DNA from: an uncultured Clostridia bacterium
GTDB lineage: Bacteria > Bacillota > Clostridia > TANB77 > CAG-508
Assembly (NCBI GenBank): GCA_947625645.1
Contig: CANQPE010000002.1
Span: 22,981-86,980 of the forward strand
DNA: 64,000 nt
Direction: 5' to 3'
Under the pieces are notes generated by a model, which saw only the letters and a list, made by a program, of their open reading frames with translations, did not search any database and was not told where the DNA came from. The translations under genes were made by a program, and so were the position numbers. Shown here in pieces: positions 47,594 through 58,276 of the stretch (position 1 is its first letter; each line of letters starts with the position of its first letter).

Positions 47594-48503
47594 CATATTA
47601 GGATATTTAATAGGTGAAGGGTTCAGCAATGTCTTTAAAAATAAAAAATCAACAGGTGCCTCATTAGTCATTATGTGTGCAACAATGATTATTTTTGGTG
47701 TTTTTCTTATTTTAGGAGAGAACATCAACCATTTTGTTGATGATATCAAATCAGAACAAGGCTTTCAGGTGTTTATTAAAGTAGATGCCACGCAAGAAGA
47801 AATTGAAAAGTTTGGAGAAGATATTAGGAGCATACCAGGTGTTAGCACAGCAGAATTTATTTCAAAAGAAGATGGTCTCAACAGAATGAAGGAACGATTA
47901 AAAGATGATAAAGGTGTATTAGATGGTTTTAATGTAGAGGCGTTTCGTGCATCTTATATGGTAAAAATCACAGACCTAGAACAAAGTCAACAAATACAAG
48001 AGCAAATTAAGAAAATTGAAAACTATGTTAGAATTACAAGTAGTGATGAAACCATAACGGCGTTGGTTCGTTTGGCAAATGGTATACGCATTTTTACAGG
48101 TGCTATTTTATTGTTATTAATCATAATTTCTATTTTCATCATTTCAAATACCATTAAGTTAACAGTACACGCAAGAAGAAAAGAAATATCGATTATGAAA
48201 TATGTAGGAGCAACCAATAACTTTATTCGTTGGCCTTTTATTGTAGAAGGTATGATTATTGGAGTTATTTCTAGTGCCATTTCCATTGCGATTGTAGGCG
48301 GGGCATATAACTTTATTGCAACAGAGCTAGTGAATGCATCTTTCATGAAAATGATAGGGATGAGTTTAGTTGGCTTTAGTGAAATGCTATCTTCTATTAT
48401 AGTGGTGTATATGCTATTAGGAATTGGAATTGGTGCCATCCGGAAGTGTTATTTCTATGAGGAAATATTTAAAAGTATAAAGGAGTTTGGTAGCTATGCG
48501 TAA
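47583..48503 (+). CDS. ftsX: Cell-division permease FtsX
   Basis: Four TM helices with a large extracellular loop; start overlaps the ftsE end. Confidence 0.8.
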   Translation: MKYNILGYLIGEGFSNVFKNKKSTGASLVIMCATMIIFGVFLILGENINHFVDDIKSEQGFQVFIKVDATQEEIEKFGEDIRSIPGVSTAEFISKEDGLNRMKERLKDDKGVLDGFNVEAFRASYMVKITDLEQSQQIQEQIKKIENYVRITSSDETITALVRLANGIRIFTGAILLLLIIISIFIISNTIKLTVHARRKEISIMKYVGATNNFIRWPFIVEGMIIGVISSAISIAIVGGAYNFIATELVNASFMKMIGMSLVGFSEMLSSIIVVYMLLGIGIGAIRKCYFYEEIFKSIKEFGSYA

Positions 48504-49779
48504 GATTTTATGTATGGTACTCATTTGCTTGTTATGTTTTGGCATGTCATTTGTAGAGGCAGTCGATAGTGAAAATGCAGTAGGAAATACAACGGCAAAT
48601 GCAACCGATTTGCAAAAGACGCAACAAGAAATGCAAGAACAAATTCAGCAGGCAAACGAAGAGCTTTCCGTCATACAGTTAGATATTACGGAAAACATTG
48701 AGCAAGTGCAAAAATTAGATGAAAAAATAGAAGCAGCAGAAGCTGAACTAGCAACAACATCAGAACAAGCGCAAGTTTTGCAACAGACAATCCAGGGATT
48801 GGAAGAAACACAAAAAACAGAACAAGAAAAATATGATAAACAAAAAGAATTATTTGAAGAACGTGTTGTCGCATTATATGAAGCTGGAGATACACAATAT
48901 TTAGATGTATTACTACACTCTGAAAATGTAACAGATTTTATTTCTAGTTACTTTATTATATCAGAAATTGCAGATTATGATGCAGATATTTTAAATACAA
49001 TTGGCGAAAGAAAACATAATATTGAAATTACAAAAACAAAGCTAGAAAAACAAAAAGAACAATTGGCAATCATTGTAGAAAAACGAACCAGAACAGCAAA
49101 GGTCTTACAAACCACAAAATTACTAAGGGAAAATTATATTTCAAAATTATCTGAACAAGAAAAACAAACACAGGAGAAAATTGAAGCCTATCATCAGGCA
49201 TTAAAAGAAGTGAATCAGCAAATGATTGAACTGGCTAAACAAGGGCTTGAGACAGCATATATAGGCGGCGAGCTAGCATGGCCAGTGCCAGGCTATACGC
49301 AAATTAGTTCCAAATATGGGATGAGAGTTCATCCTATCACAAAAGTGTATAAATTACATACCGGTGTAGATATTTCTGCACCAATGGGAGCAAATTTTGT
49401 TGCTGCCAATGACGGAATCGTAATAAAAGCGGGGTACAACAGTGCTTATGGTAACATGGTTGTAATTGACCATGGAGGTGGAATTTCCACATTATATGCA
49501 CATGGTTCTCAAATTTTAGTGCAAGTGGGAGAGCAAGTGACAAGAAACCAAGCCATTTTAAAAGTAGGGTCAACAGGCTATTCAACAGGACCACATGCAC
49601 ATTTTGAGGTAAGAAAGCAAGGTGTTGTTACAAACCCAATGCCATATATTACGAGTGGACTTGTACCAAATTCTGAAGAAGATAAAGCTGAAAAGGAAAA
49701 TCAAACCAAAGAAAATGCAGTACAAAATAATACTGTGGAAGAAAATATGGTGGTACAAAATACAAATCAAAATGGGTAA
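48496..49779 (+). CDS. Coiled-coil M23 peptidase (EnvC/PcsB-like, FtsEX-associated)
   Basis: Signal peptide, long coiled coil, C-terminal M23 domain HTGVDISAP...DHGGGISTLYAHGS...GPHAHFE. Confidence 0.8.
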   Translation: MRKILCMVLICLLCFGMSFVEAVDSENAVGNTTANATDLQKTQQEMQEQIQQANEELSVIQLDITENIEQVQKLDEKIEAAEAELATTSEQAQVLQQTIQGLEETQKTEQEKYDKQKELFEERVVALYEAGDTQYLDVLLHSENVTDFISSYFIISEIADYDADILNTIGERKHNIEITKTKLEKQKEQLAIIVEKRTRTAKVLQTTKLLRENYISKLSEQEKQTQEKIEAYHQALKEVNQQMIELAKQGLETAYIGGELAWPVPGYTQISSKYGMRVHPITKVYKLHTGVDISAPMGANFVAANDGIVIKAGYNSAYGNMVVIDHGGGISTLYAHGSQILVQVGEQVTRNQAILKVGSTGYSTGPHAHFEVRKQGVVTNPMPYITSGLVPNSEEDKAEKENQTKENAVQNNTVEENMVVQNTNQNG

Positions 49780-49829
49780 AATTTGTGCTACATAGGGATG
49801 ATATTACACTAGAAAGGAAAGGTAAGCCA

Positions 49830-51098
49830 ATGAGAATCTTAGGAAAAAAAATACTAGGGATGCTTTTAATTATGATGATAATAAGTTGGACGAATGTTGT
49901 GTTGGCATTGGATGAAACAGCTTTAAACAATCAAAAAGAGAACAATAATCAAAAAATACAGGAAACAGAAGCAGAAAAAGAAAAGGTGCAAGAGTTAAAA
50001 AGTGAGACGGTAAAGCAAGTAGAAGAATTAGACAGCCAAATTGATGAATATCAAAGTCAAATTAGTAGTTTGGATGGTCAAATTGCAGAAGCAAATACGA
50101 AAATTCAAGAAACAACAGCGAAATTAGAACAAGCACAAAAAGATTATGAAAATCAACAAAAAATGTTGGAAGAGAGAGTGGTTGCTTTATATGAAGCAGG
50201 AGAAACTACGTATTTAGATGTGTTGTTGTCTTCAGAGAGTGTGACAGATTTTATTTCTAGTTATTATGTCATTTCTGAAATTGCACAATGTGATGTTGAT
50301 TTATTGAATGAAATTGACTTCAAGAAAAAGGAAATAGAGACAACGAAACAAGAGTTAGAAGCAAGTAAAAATCAGTTAACATCAGCCAGAACAAATAAAA
50401 AATTAGTTGCTTCTCAATTAGAAGCCACCAAAACAGAAAAGCAAAATAAAGTGGCACAGTTATCTGAACAAGAGCAACAATTGCAAGCTCAAATTGATGA
50501 AATCAAAAAAGATAATGTTTCAATTGACCAACAAATTCAATCATATAAAGCAGAGTTAAAGCGTAAAATGGAAGAAGAGTTACGAAGAAGAAAACAACAA
50601 GAGGAAGAAGAAGCCAGAAGAAGGAAAAGTGAAGCTAACGCGGGAGGGGGCACTACTTCAAGCGGTTCTTCAGGGACAACCACCGGAACCAGTTCAAGTG
50701 GATTTATCCATCCCGTGCCATCTGCATATGCTACAGTCACGACGAAATGGTATTATTCAAATGGAAGTGTTCATGGCGCAGTAGATTATGGCTCTGGCGG
50801 AATTGCTGGTCAACCAGTTTATGCGGTGGCAGATGGCATTGTGGCGCAAACCGCTGCACTTACAACAAGTTATGGTAATTATATAATTATTATGCATTAT
50901 AATGGTTTATATACATTATATGCACATGGGCAACAGGGGTCGATTACGGTTTCAAAGGGGCAACCGGTCAAACAAGGGCAACAAATTATGAAAGTAGGAA
51001 GTTCAGGGAATTCTACAGGACCACATTTACACTTTGAAGTCAGAACAGATCCAGGGTTGTACAGCAACCGAAAAAATCCATTAAATTATTTGCCATAG
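49830..51098 (+). CDS. Coiled-coil M23 peptidase, tandem paralog with G/S/T-rich linker
   Basis: Same architecture; M23 motifs HGAVDY...GPHLHFE. Confidence 0.8.
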   Translation: MRILGKKILGMLLIMMIISWTNVVLALDETALNNQKENNNQKIQETEAEKEKVQELKSETVKQVEELDSQIDEYQSQISSLDGQIAEANTKIQETTAKLEQAQKDYENQQKMLEERVVALYEAGETTYLDVLLSSESVTDFISSYYVISEIAQCDVDLLNEIDFKKKEIETTKQELEASKNQLTSARTNKKLVASQLEATKTEKQNKVAQLSEQEQQLQAQIDEIKKDNVSIDQQIQSYKAELKRKMEEELRRRKQQEEEEARRRKSEANAGGGTTSSGSSGTTTGTSSSGFIHPVPSAYATVTTKWYYSNGSVHGAVDYGSGGIAGQPVYAVADGIVAQTAALTTSYGNYIIIMHYNGLYTLYAHGQQGSITVSKGQPVKQGQQIMKVGSSGNSTGPHLHFEVRTDPGLYSNRKNPLNYLP

Positions 51099-51194
51099 GT
51101 ATTGACAAACAAAACATAAAATATGATATAATAGGAGGCGGAACTTCTTCCGCCTAATTTGTTTTAGGTGGGGGACAAGAAAGGATGAGGAAAT

Positions 51195-52412
51195 TTGGAA
51201 AAACATACTGTATATAAAGTTTATAGAACGATTATGCTCATTATCATTACTGCTTTTGTGACATTTATGTTAACAACGGTTGGGATATATGCTTATATCA
51301 AAAATGATGGCAACTTGTTTTTGGTGAACAAACAAGAAATTGGTGGCATTACTTCAGAATTATATACATACAAAAACATTATTGATCAATATTATCTAGG
51401 AGAAGTGGATGAAGAAAAATTAGAAGAAGGTGCTATACGAGGCTATATAGAAGGACTAGGAGATCCCTATACAGAGTATATTTCAGAAGAAGAAATGGAA
51501 GATTATATGCAAGACACCTTAGGAAACTACGTAGGTATTGGTGTGTATATGGCAAAAGACAAAGAAACAAACTACGTAAAAATTATATCATTTATAGAAA
51601 ATTCACCTGCAGAAAAAGCAGGGCTTTTAGTGGGCGATTTTATTGTTGGATTGGACGATAAAACTTATACAGCAGATGAGATGGATGAATTATCTGATGA
51701 CATCAAAGGGGAAGAAGGCACGAAAGTAAAATTGACCATTTTAAGAGGAACAGATACAAAAGAATTTACAGTAAAAAGAGAAAAAATCAAAGTAAACCCA
51801 GTAGAAGGAAAAATCTTAGAAGAGAATATTGGTTACATTGCATTTACATCTTTTGATGAGACGACAGCAGAAGATTTTAAGGAGAAATATGACGAATTAA
51901 GAGCAGAAGGCATGCAGTATTTAATTATGGATTTAAGAAATAATGGTGGAGGGCTTGTTGACCAAGCCTTAAAAATTGCAGACTATATTGCGGAAAAGGG
52001 CAGTGTTTTATTATATGAAGTGGATAAGAAAGGAAACGAAGAAATTGAAAAATCTAAAAATGATCCAATTGTTAATGTTCCTGTCTGCATTTTGACCAAT
52101 AAAAATACAGCAAGTGCGTCTGAAATACTAGTAGGAGCATTACAAGATTTAAAAAAAGCTAAAATTGTAGGAACCACAACCTATGGCAAAGGTATCATAC
52201 AAGAAATATTATCTGTAAAAGACAGTGGAGGCATTAAAATTACAACACAAGAATATCAAACGCCAAACCATCATAAAATTCATAAAGTGGGAATTGAACC
52301 AGATGAGAAAGTTGAATTACCAAAAGATGTAGGAAATGTATTAACGGTGCCAGAAGAAAAAGATACCCAACTAAACAAAGCAAAAGAAGTAGTTAAAAAG
52401 ATTGAAACATAG
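51195..52412 (+). CDS. ctpA: Carboxyl-terminal processing protease (S41 family) with PDZ domain
   Basis: PDZ (GDFIVGLD), S41 catalytic region (MDLRNNGGGL, TASASEI); TTG start. Confidence 0.8.
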   Translation: MEKHTVYKVYRTIMLIIITAFVTFMLTTVGIYAYIKNDGNLFLVNKQEIGGITSELYTYKNIIDQYYLGEVDEEKLEEGAIRGYIEGLGDPYTEYISEEEMEDYMQDTLGNYVGIGVYMAKDKETNYVKIISFIENSPAEKAGLLVGDFIVGLDDKTYTADEMDELSDDIKGEEGTKVKLTILRGTDTKEFTVKREKIKVNPVEGKILEENIGYIAFTSFDETTAEDFKEKYDELRAEGMQYLIMDLRNNGGGLVDQALKIADYIAEKGSVLLYEVDKKGNEEIEKSKNDPIVNVPVCILTNKNTASASEILVGALQDLKKAKIVGTTTYGKGIIQEILSVKDSGGIKITTQEYQTPNHHKIHKVGIEPDEKVELPKDVGNVLTVPEEKDTQLNKAKEVVKKIET

Positions 52413-52439
52413 CATGTTTAATCTAGGGAGGAACAGAGT

Positions 52440-53048
52440 ATGAATTTAGCAAATAAACTAACAATTTTTCGTGTCATTCTTGTACCGATTATGGTAATTG
52501 TGCCATTTTTGGGAATTGAGGGAAAATTGTATGGAATTCCTATTGCCAATCTAGTTATGGATTTGATATTTATCATTGCTTCTATTACAGATAAATTAGA
52601 TGGTTATATTGCAAGAAAAAAGAATCAAATAACAACGTTTGGAAAATTTTTAGACCCATTGGCAGATAAAATACTTGTATTAGCAGCAATGTTATTGTTA
52701 GTAGAAATGCAAAAATTGCCTGCTTGGATTCCGATTATTGTATTATCAAGAGAATTTATTGTATCAGGGTATCGATTGGTTGCAGTAGAGAGAGGTAAGG
52801 TCATTGCAGCGTCTAAGTGGGGCAAATTAAAAACGGTGACACAAATGGTAGCTATCATTTTGGCATTTTTAGATACGTATGCCTATGGAGAGTGCTTCTT
52901 AGGATTATTACGAGGTTCAGATTTTGTGTTAAACTTAATTGTCACTGTGATGATGATCATTCAAACTATTGCTACCATATTTTCTGGAATTGATTATGTA
53001 AAAGATGGAAGAAAATTATTTTTTCAAAAAATGTTGACAAAAAGATAA
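52440..53048 (+). CDS. pgsA: CDP-diacylglycerol--glycerol-3-phosphate 3-phosphatidyltransferase
   Basis: CDP-alcohol phosphatidyltransferase motif DKLDGYIARKKNQITTFGKFLDPLADK. Confidence 0.85.
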   Translation: MNLANKLTIFRVILVPIMVIVPFLGIEGKLYGIPIANLVMDLIFIIASITDKLDGYIARKKNQITTFGKFLDPLADKILVLAAMLLLVEMQKLPAWIPIIVLSREFIVSGYRLVAVERGKVIAASKWGKLKTVTQMVAIILAFLDTYAYGECFLGLLRGSDFVLNLIVTVMMIIQTIATIFSGIDYVKDGRKLFFQKMLTKR

Positions 53049-53096
53049 ATGAGATTTAATATAGTATATAAAGTTTGAAAGGAAGGATGATAAAAC

Positions 53097-53573
53097 ATGG
53101 AAGATAAAGAAGTGATTTTAACACAAGAAGGGTATGATAATTTAGAAAAACAATTAAATATTCTAAAAACAGAAAAAAGAGCAGAAATTGCAGAAAGAAT
53201 TAAAGTGGCATTAGGGTTTGGAGATTTATCCGAAAACTCAGAATATGATGAAGCAAAAACAGCACAGGCAGAAAATGAAGTAAAAATTGTAGAATTAGAA
53301 AATAAATTAAGACATGCGAAAATCATTGATGAAAAAGATATCGATACAGAAACGGTTCAAATTGGTAATGTGGTTAGAGTCAATGATTTAGAATTTAACG
53401 AAAAAATAGAATACACCATTGTAGGTTCAACAGAAGTCAACTTAGCAGAAAACAAGATTTCAAATGAATCGCCACTAGGTGCAGCATTGCTAGGCGCTAA
53501 GAAAAACCAAGTTGTAGAAGTCAATGCCCCAGCAGGCATCATGAAATACAAAATTTTATCTATCAAAAAATAA
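53097..53573 (+). CDS. greA: Transcription elongation factor GreA
   Basis: N-terminal coiled coil with the acidic tip DLSENSEYD; C-terminal FKBP-like domain. Confidence 0.9.
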   Translation: MEDKEVILTQEGYDNLEKQLNILKTEKRAEIAERIKVALGFGDLSENSEYDEAKTAQAENEVKIVELENKLRHAKIIDEKDIDTETVQIGNVVRVNDLEFNEKIEYTIVGSTEVNLAENKISNESPLGAALLGAKKNQVVEVNAPAGIMKYKILSIKK

Positions 53574-53581
53574 GGAAAAAT

Positions 53582-53678
53582 GGGACAATCAGGGACGGTT
53601 CTTTTTTGTCCCTCAAGAGCAATTGGAGCTAGACCTTTGAGGCTTGAGGGACAAAAAAGAACCGTCCCTGATTGTCCC
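53582..53678. repeat. Palindromic repeat element copy 9, long form (caatcaggg/cggttc variant with compensated arms)
   Basis: 36-bp perfect arms gggacaatcagggacggttcttttttgtccctcaag / cttgagggacaaaaaagaaccgtccctgattgtccc; between convergent greA and deoD. Confidence 0.85.
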
Positions 53679-54403
53679 TAGCTGTTTTTAAGAGCTGCAT
53701 CTAGTGCTAGTTGTATCATGCGAGTAAGACCAGTTTCGCGTTCTTGGGTAGTGGCAACGGTGTCGATAAATTTTGAGTCAACCACTGTCATGAGACAACT
53801 TGCTTGTTTATGCAAGAGCTGTGCATTATAAAACAACGAAAACGCTTCCATTTCTCCAGCAATTAAATGTAAGTCCTTTGGCACACGCTTTAGATATTGG
53901 TCAAAATCAGTCGCATAAGGGTCAAACACATCTAAACAGGCAGTTTCTCCACGGTAGATTTGTAATTTTTTTTCTGTTGCTGTTTCTTGAATCATTTGGT
54001 TTAATTCATTACTTGCTTGCACAAAATGGCAATTGTCATTATTTAGGGTATAAGCATAATTTCCTTCACAATAGGTACCAGTAGATAAAATGATATCAAA
54101 TAACTTTAATTCAGGTAAATAGGCACCGCAAGAGCCAATTCGAATAATGGATTCTACTTCATAAAAGTGATATAGTTCATAACTATAAATTCCCATACTA
54201 GGCATTCCCATACCAGAAGCCATGATGGTGATTTCTTTTCCTTGATATGTCCCCGTATAGGCGTACATTCCTCTTACTTGATTAACAAGGCGAGCATTTT
54301 CTAAAAAATGTTCTGCAATGTATTTGGCACGTAAAGGGTCTCCGGGCATAATTACAGTTTTGGCGATTTCACCTAATTTTGCTTCATTATGTGGTGTTGG
54401 CAT
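53678..54403 (-). CDS. deoD: Purine nucleoside phosphorylase DeoD-type
   Basis: MPTPHNEAKLGEIAKTVIMPGDPLRAKYIAE...; start chosen at the ATG 7 nt after GGAGG (ORF track extends to 54460). Confidence 0.85.
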   Translation of the reverse strand: MPTPHNEAKLGEIAKTVIMPGDPLRAKYIAEHFLENARLVNQVRGMYAYTGTYQGKEITIMASGMGMPSMGIYSYELYHFYEVESIIRIGSCGAYLPELKLFDIILSTGTYCEGNYAYTLNNDNCHFVQASNELNQMIQETATEKKLQIYRGETACLDVFDPYATDFDQYLKRVPKDLHLIAGEMEAFSLFYNAQLLHKQASCLMTVVDSKFIDTVATTQERETGLTRMIQLALDAALKNS

Positions 54404-54536
54404 ATTCATTCCTCCTTTTGAGCATATTATATCAATAAATTTTAGGAAAAGCAATTGCAAAAAACAAATATTTATGGTATAACGTATATAGTAATTTTCT
54501 AGCAGATTTTTCGAACTAGGTTTTACTGAGGAAAGG

Positions 54537-55283
54537 ATGATAGAAAAAATGATAAAAGCATACGCAAAATCTGATGTTGGAAAAATAAGAGAGATTAACG
54601 AAGATGCTTTTTATATTTCAAATTCATTGGACGAACTGCAACTATATATGTTAGCAGATGGAATGGGAGGCTATAATGGCGGAGAAATAGCGAGTCAACT
54701 TGCCATTCAAACGGCAAAAAAATATATAGAAAGTAACTTTGATAAAATTGAAAAAGATAGAGATAGTATCATTCAGTTATTGGGCAGCAGTATGGAATAT
54801 GCAAACATGATTGTTTATGAAAAGTCAAAAGAAAATAAAGAATTAGAAGGAATGGGTACTACTTTAGAGTTGTGTTTAATATATAATAATAAAGCATATA
54901 TTGGCCATATTGGTGACAGTAGAATATATCGTATTCGTAAAGCATTTATTCGAAAATTAACACAAGACCACAGTTATGTGCAAAAATTAGTAAAAGATGG
55001 ACAAATTACCCAAGAACAAGCAGAACACCATCCGAAAAAAAATATGCTTATGAAAGCACTAGGCTGTAATGCTTTTGTTGAGCCAGATGTGATGGTAAAA
55101 GGATTTTTAAAAGACGATATTTTAGTCATGTGTTCAGATGGATTAACCAATTTGGTTAGCCAAGAGCAAATTTATCAAAGTGCTAGTGGCAATATAGAGC
55201 AGGCGACGAAAGATTTGGTACAGTTTGCAAATGATAGAGGCGGATATGACAATATTACAGTTGTCATTATAAAAAACATATAA
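54537..55283 (+). CDS. stp: PP2C-family Ser/Thr protein phosphatase
   Basis: PP2C motifs DGMGG, metal-binding Asp residues. Confidence 0.85.
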   Translation: MIEKMIKAYAKSDVGKIREINEDAFYISNSLDELQLYMLADGMGGYNGGEIASQLAIQTAKKYIESNFDKIEKDRDSIIQLLGSSMEYANMIVYEKSKENKELEGMGTTLELCLIYNNKAYIGHIGDSRIYRIRKAFIRKLTQDHSYVQKLVKDGQITQEQAEHHPKKNMLMKALGCNAFVEPDVMVKGFLKDDILVMCSDGLTNLVSQEQIYQSASGNIEQATKDLVQFANDRGGYDNITVVIIKNI

Positions 55284-55355
55284 CTAGCAACAACATTATC
55301 TTCTACGTCAAGCCGATTGTTTTTGACGAAGAAAAAAATAAGGGAGAGATTAAAA

Positions 55356-57371
55356 ATGATTTTAGAAGGGAATTTATTGGGAAATCGTTATGAAATACTT
55401 CAAAAAGTAGGAAATGGCGGAATGGCGATTGTATATAAAGCAAGAGATATTGTATTGAATAGAAATGTTGCCGTTAAAGTGTTAAGAGATGAATTTACAA
55501 CAGATGAAGAATTTATTAAAAGGTTTGAAACAGAAGCACAATCTGCAGCTAGATTAACACATGCGAATATTGTTTCTATTTATGATGTAGGCGTTGATGC
55601 CGGAATATATTATATTGTTATGGAACTTGTACAGGGTAAGACTTTGAAAGAAATTATTATTGAAGAAAATGGCCCATTACCTTGGAAATGGTCTTTGAAT
55701 GTAGCAATACAAATTGCATCTGCATTAGATATGGCACATCGTAACAATATTATTCATAGAGATATTAAGCCACATAACATTATTATTACAGAAGATGGTG
55801 TAGCGAAAGTAACAGATTTTGGGATTGCAAAAGCGGTATCTAATTCTACCATTACGGCATTTGGAACAACTATTGGTTCTGTCCATTATTTTTCACCAGA
55901 ACATGCACGAGGTGGTTACACAGATGCCAAATCAGACATATATTCTCTAGGTGTTGTGATGTATGAAATGTTGACAGGAAGAGTACCTTTTGATGCAGAT
56001 ACGCCTGTATCTGTTGCTTTAAAACACATGCAAGAAGAACCCAAAGAACCAATTGAGGTAAACCCTAATATTCCAACTGCAATTAATAAAATTATTATGA
56101 AAGCCATTCAAAAGGATCCTATGTTAAGGTACCAAACCAGCATGGAACTATTAAAAGATTTAAAAGAGGCGCTAAAAAATCCAAATGGAGATTTTGTTGA
56201 AGACATGCCATATGATAAAACAGCAAGGACACAAAAAATTGGAACAGAACCATATTCAAATCGAAGCCAAAAACAAGAACAAAGAGGATTGAAAGGTTGG
56301 ATCGCACAACATAAGAAGGCAAGTGTTTTTTTAGGGGTTGTTATTTTATTCTTTTTAGCATTTGGAGGAACAATGGCCTTTTTAAACATTACGAATCCAC
56401 CAGAAGTAGATATGCCAAATGTTGTAGGAATGCATAAAGAAGAAGCCAAAAGAGCAATTGAAGAAGCTAAATTGGTATATGAAGAGGAAAAAGAAGAATA
56501 TAATCAAGAGGTGGCAGAAGGGCTTGTTATTAGCCAAGACCCAGCTTATTTTGAAAGATACCATTCTGTCAAAGAAGGAAGCACCGTAAAAGTTGTTGTT
56601 AGTTTAGGAACAGAAAAAGCTACGGTTCCTAATGTGGAAGGAAAAGAAAAGCAAGAAGCTATCAAAATGATAGAAGATGCCAAGTTAAAGGCAGAAATTA
56701 TAGAAGAAACAAGCAAAACAATAGCAGAAGGACACGTCATTAGTCAAGAAGTTGAACCGGAAACAGAAGTATCTGCAGGAGATAGTATCAAAATCCATGT
56801 TAGTACAGGAACAGGAATTAAACAGATTACAATGTCAAGCGTAGTAGGAAAGACAGAAGAAGCTGCAAAAACAGAATTAGAAGGACTAGGCTTTAAGGTA
56901 ACAATAAATTATGAAGAAAATACATCAAAAGATAATGGAACTGTCCTAAAACAAAGTTTAGAAAGTGGAAAAGTTGTGGATGAGGGTACAGCAGTAACCT
57001 TAACTGTGAACAAGATTGCAGAATTAAAGACGGCAAAAATTACAGTGAATGTAAAATCATTATTAGGTGGAAAAGTAGAATATGAGGAAGAAGAGACATC
57101 AACCAATACGTCTAACACAAGCAATTCTACAAATGAAACCAACACCACAAATACAACAAAGCAAAAAAAGGTTAAGAAAGTTAAATTGGAAGTAAAAGTC
57201 AATGAAGATACTATTTTTTCAGAGCAAGTTGATCCAACGGCAACCAGCATTAATGCTGGAACAGCAAAAGGAACGGGAGTATCTAATATTAAAGTCTATA
57301 TTGATGGGGTTTTAAAGAATCAAGGACAAATTCGATTTAGCGAAGCAAATCCATCTTATACGGCAGAGTAG
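55356..57371 (+). CDS. prkC: Ser/Thr protein kinase PrkC with PASTA repeats and a Thr/Asn-rich extension
   Basis: Hanks kinase motifs (VAVK, HRDIKPHN, DFGIA), TM, three PASTA-like repeats. Confidence 0.85.
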   Translation: MILEGNLLGNRYEILQKVGNGGMAIVYKARDIVLNRNVAVKVLRDEFTTDEEFIKRFETEAQSAARLTHANIVSIYDVGVDAGIYYIVMELVQGKTLKEIIIEENGPLPWKWSLNVAIQIASALDMAHRNNIIHRDIKPHNIIITEDGVAKVTDFGIAKAVSNSTITAFGTTIGSVHYFSPEHARGGYTDAKSDIYSLGVVMYEMLTGRVPFDADTPVSVALKHMQEEPKEPIEVNPNIPTAINKIIMKAIQKDPMLRYQTSMELLKDLKEALKNPNGDFVEDMPYDKTARTQKIGTEPYSNRSQKQEQRGLKGWIAQHKKASVFLGVVILFFLAFGGTMAFLNITNPPEVDMPNVVGMHKEEAKRAIEEAKLVYEEEKEEYNQEVAEGLVISQDPAYFERYHSVKEGSTVKVVVSLGTEKATVPNVEGKEKQEAIKMIEDAKLKAEIIEETSKTIAEGHVISQEVEPETEVSAGDSIKIHVSTGTGIKQITMSSVVGKTEEAAKTELEGLGFKVTINYEENTSKDNGTVLKQSLESGKVVDEGTAVTLTVNKIAELKTAKITVNVKSLLGGKVEYEEEETSTNTSNTSNSTNETNTTNTTKQKKVKKVKLEVKVNEDTIFSEQVDPTATSINAGTAKGTGVSNIKVYIDGVLKNQGQIRFSEANPSYTAE

Positions 57372-57385
57372 TGAAAGGAAGTTGA

Positions 57386-58276
57386 ATGAAGCAAATAGAG
57401 GGATATATTATAAAACATATTGCCAATCAATATGTGGTTCAAACCAAGCAAGGTTTATACCAAGCAACGGCGAGGGGGAGATTGAAAAAGGAAGAAATCT
57501 CCCCTGTTGTAGGAGATAAAGTACGTATTTTAGTGGAAGAAGAAGAAACGAAACAAGCTGTCATTGAAGAAATTTTTCCCAGAACGGTTTTGATGAGACG
57601 TCCTAAAATAGCTAACATTACGCAGATGGTGTTTGTTATATCAAGTCAACATCCAAAGCCAGATTTGCTATTGCTAGATAAGCAGTTAGCATTGGCAGAG
57701 TTGAAACATATAAACAGTCTTATTGTACTCAATAAAATGGATTTAGATAAAAAACAGCAATTTCAGTCTATCAAAGAGATGTATCAAAAGATAGGGTATG
57801 AAATCATAGAAACACAGGCAAATGAATCTGTTGGAGTGCCAGAGCTAAAAAAGAAATTAAAAGGAAATGTCAATGTATTTTCTGGAAATTCTGGGGTAGG
57901 AAAATCAACGTTACTGAATCATATTTTTGCTAAGAATCTAACAGAAGAAGGAGAAATTAGCCAAAAAAATCAAAGAGGAAAGAATACGACCACAGCAATT
58001 CAATTGTATGAAATGGATGAAGATACATTCATTGCCGATACACCGGGTTTTTCAACTTTTGATGTTTCAGAGATTCTGGCAAATGAGCTGGATCAATGTT
58101 TTAAAGAATTTCAAAAGTATATCCCGAAGTGTCAGTTTGTAGGCTGTACCCATATTAAAGAAGAAACTTGTGGGGTAAAAAAGGCTATGCAAGAGGGAAA
58201 AATTACACAAGGGCGATATATCAATTTTTGTAAAATATATGAAGAATTAAAAGAAAAGGAGAAACGCAAATGGTAG
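57386..58276 (+). CDS. rsgA: Ribosome small-subunit-dependent GTPase A
   Basis: Circularly permuted GTPase (NKMD...GNSGVGKST), C-terminal Cys zinc knuckle. Confidence 0.85.
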   Translation: MKQIEGYIIKHIANQYVVQTKQGLYQATARGRLKKEEISPVVGDKVRILVEEEETKQAVIEEIFPRTVLMRRPKIANITQMVFVISSQHPKPDLLLLDKQLALAELKHINSLIVLNKMDLDKKQQFQSIKEMYQKIGYEIIETQANESVGVPELKKKLKGNVNVFSGNSGVGKSTLLNHIFAKNLTEEGEISQKNQRGKNTTTAIQLYEMDEDTFIADTPGFSTFDVSEILANELDQCFKEFQKYIPKCQFVGCTHIKEETCGVKKAMQEGKITQGRYINFCKIYEELKEKEKRKW

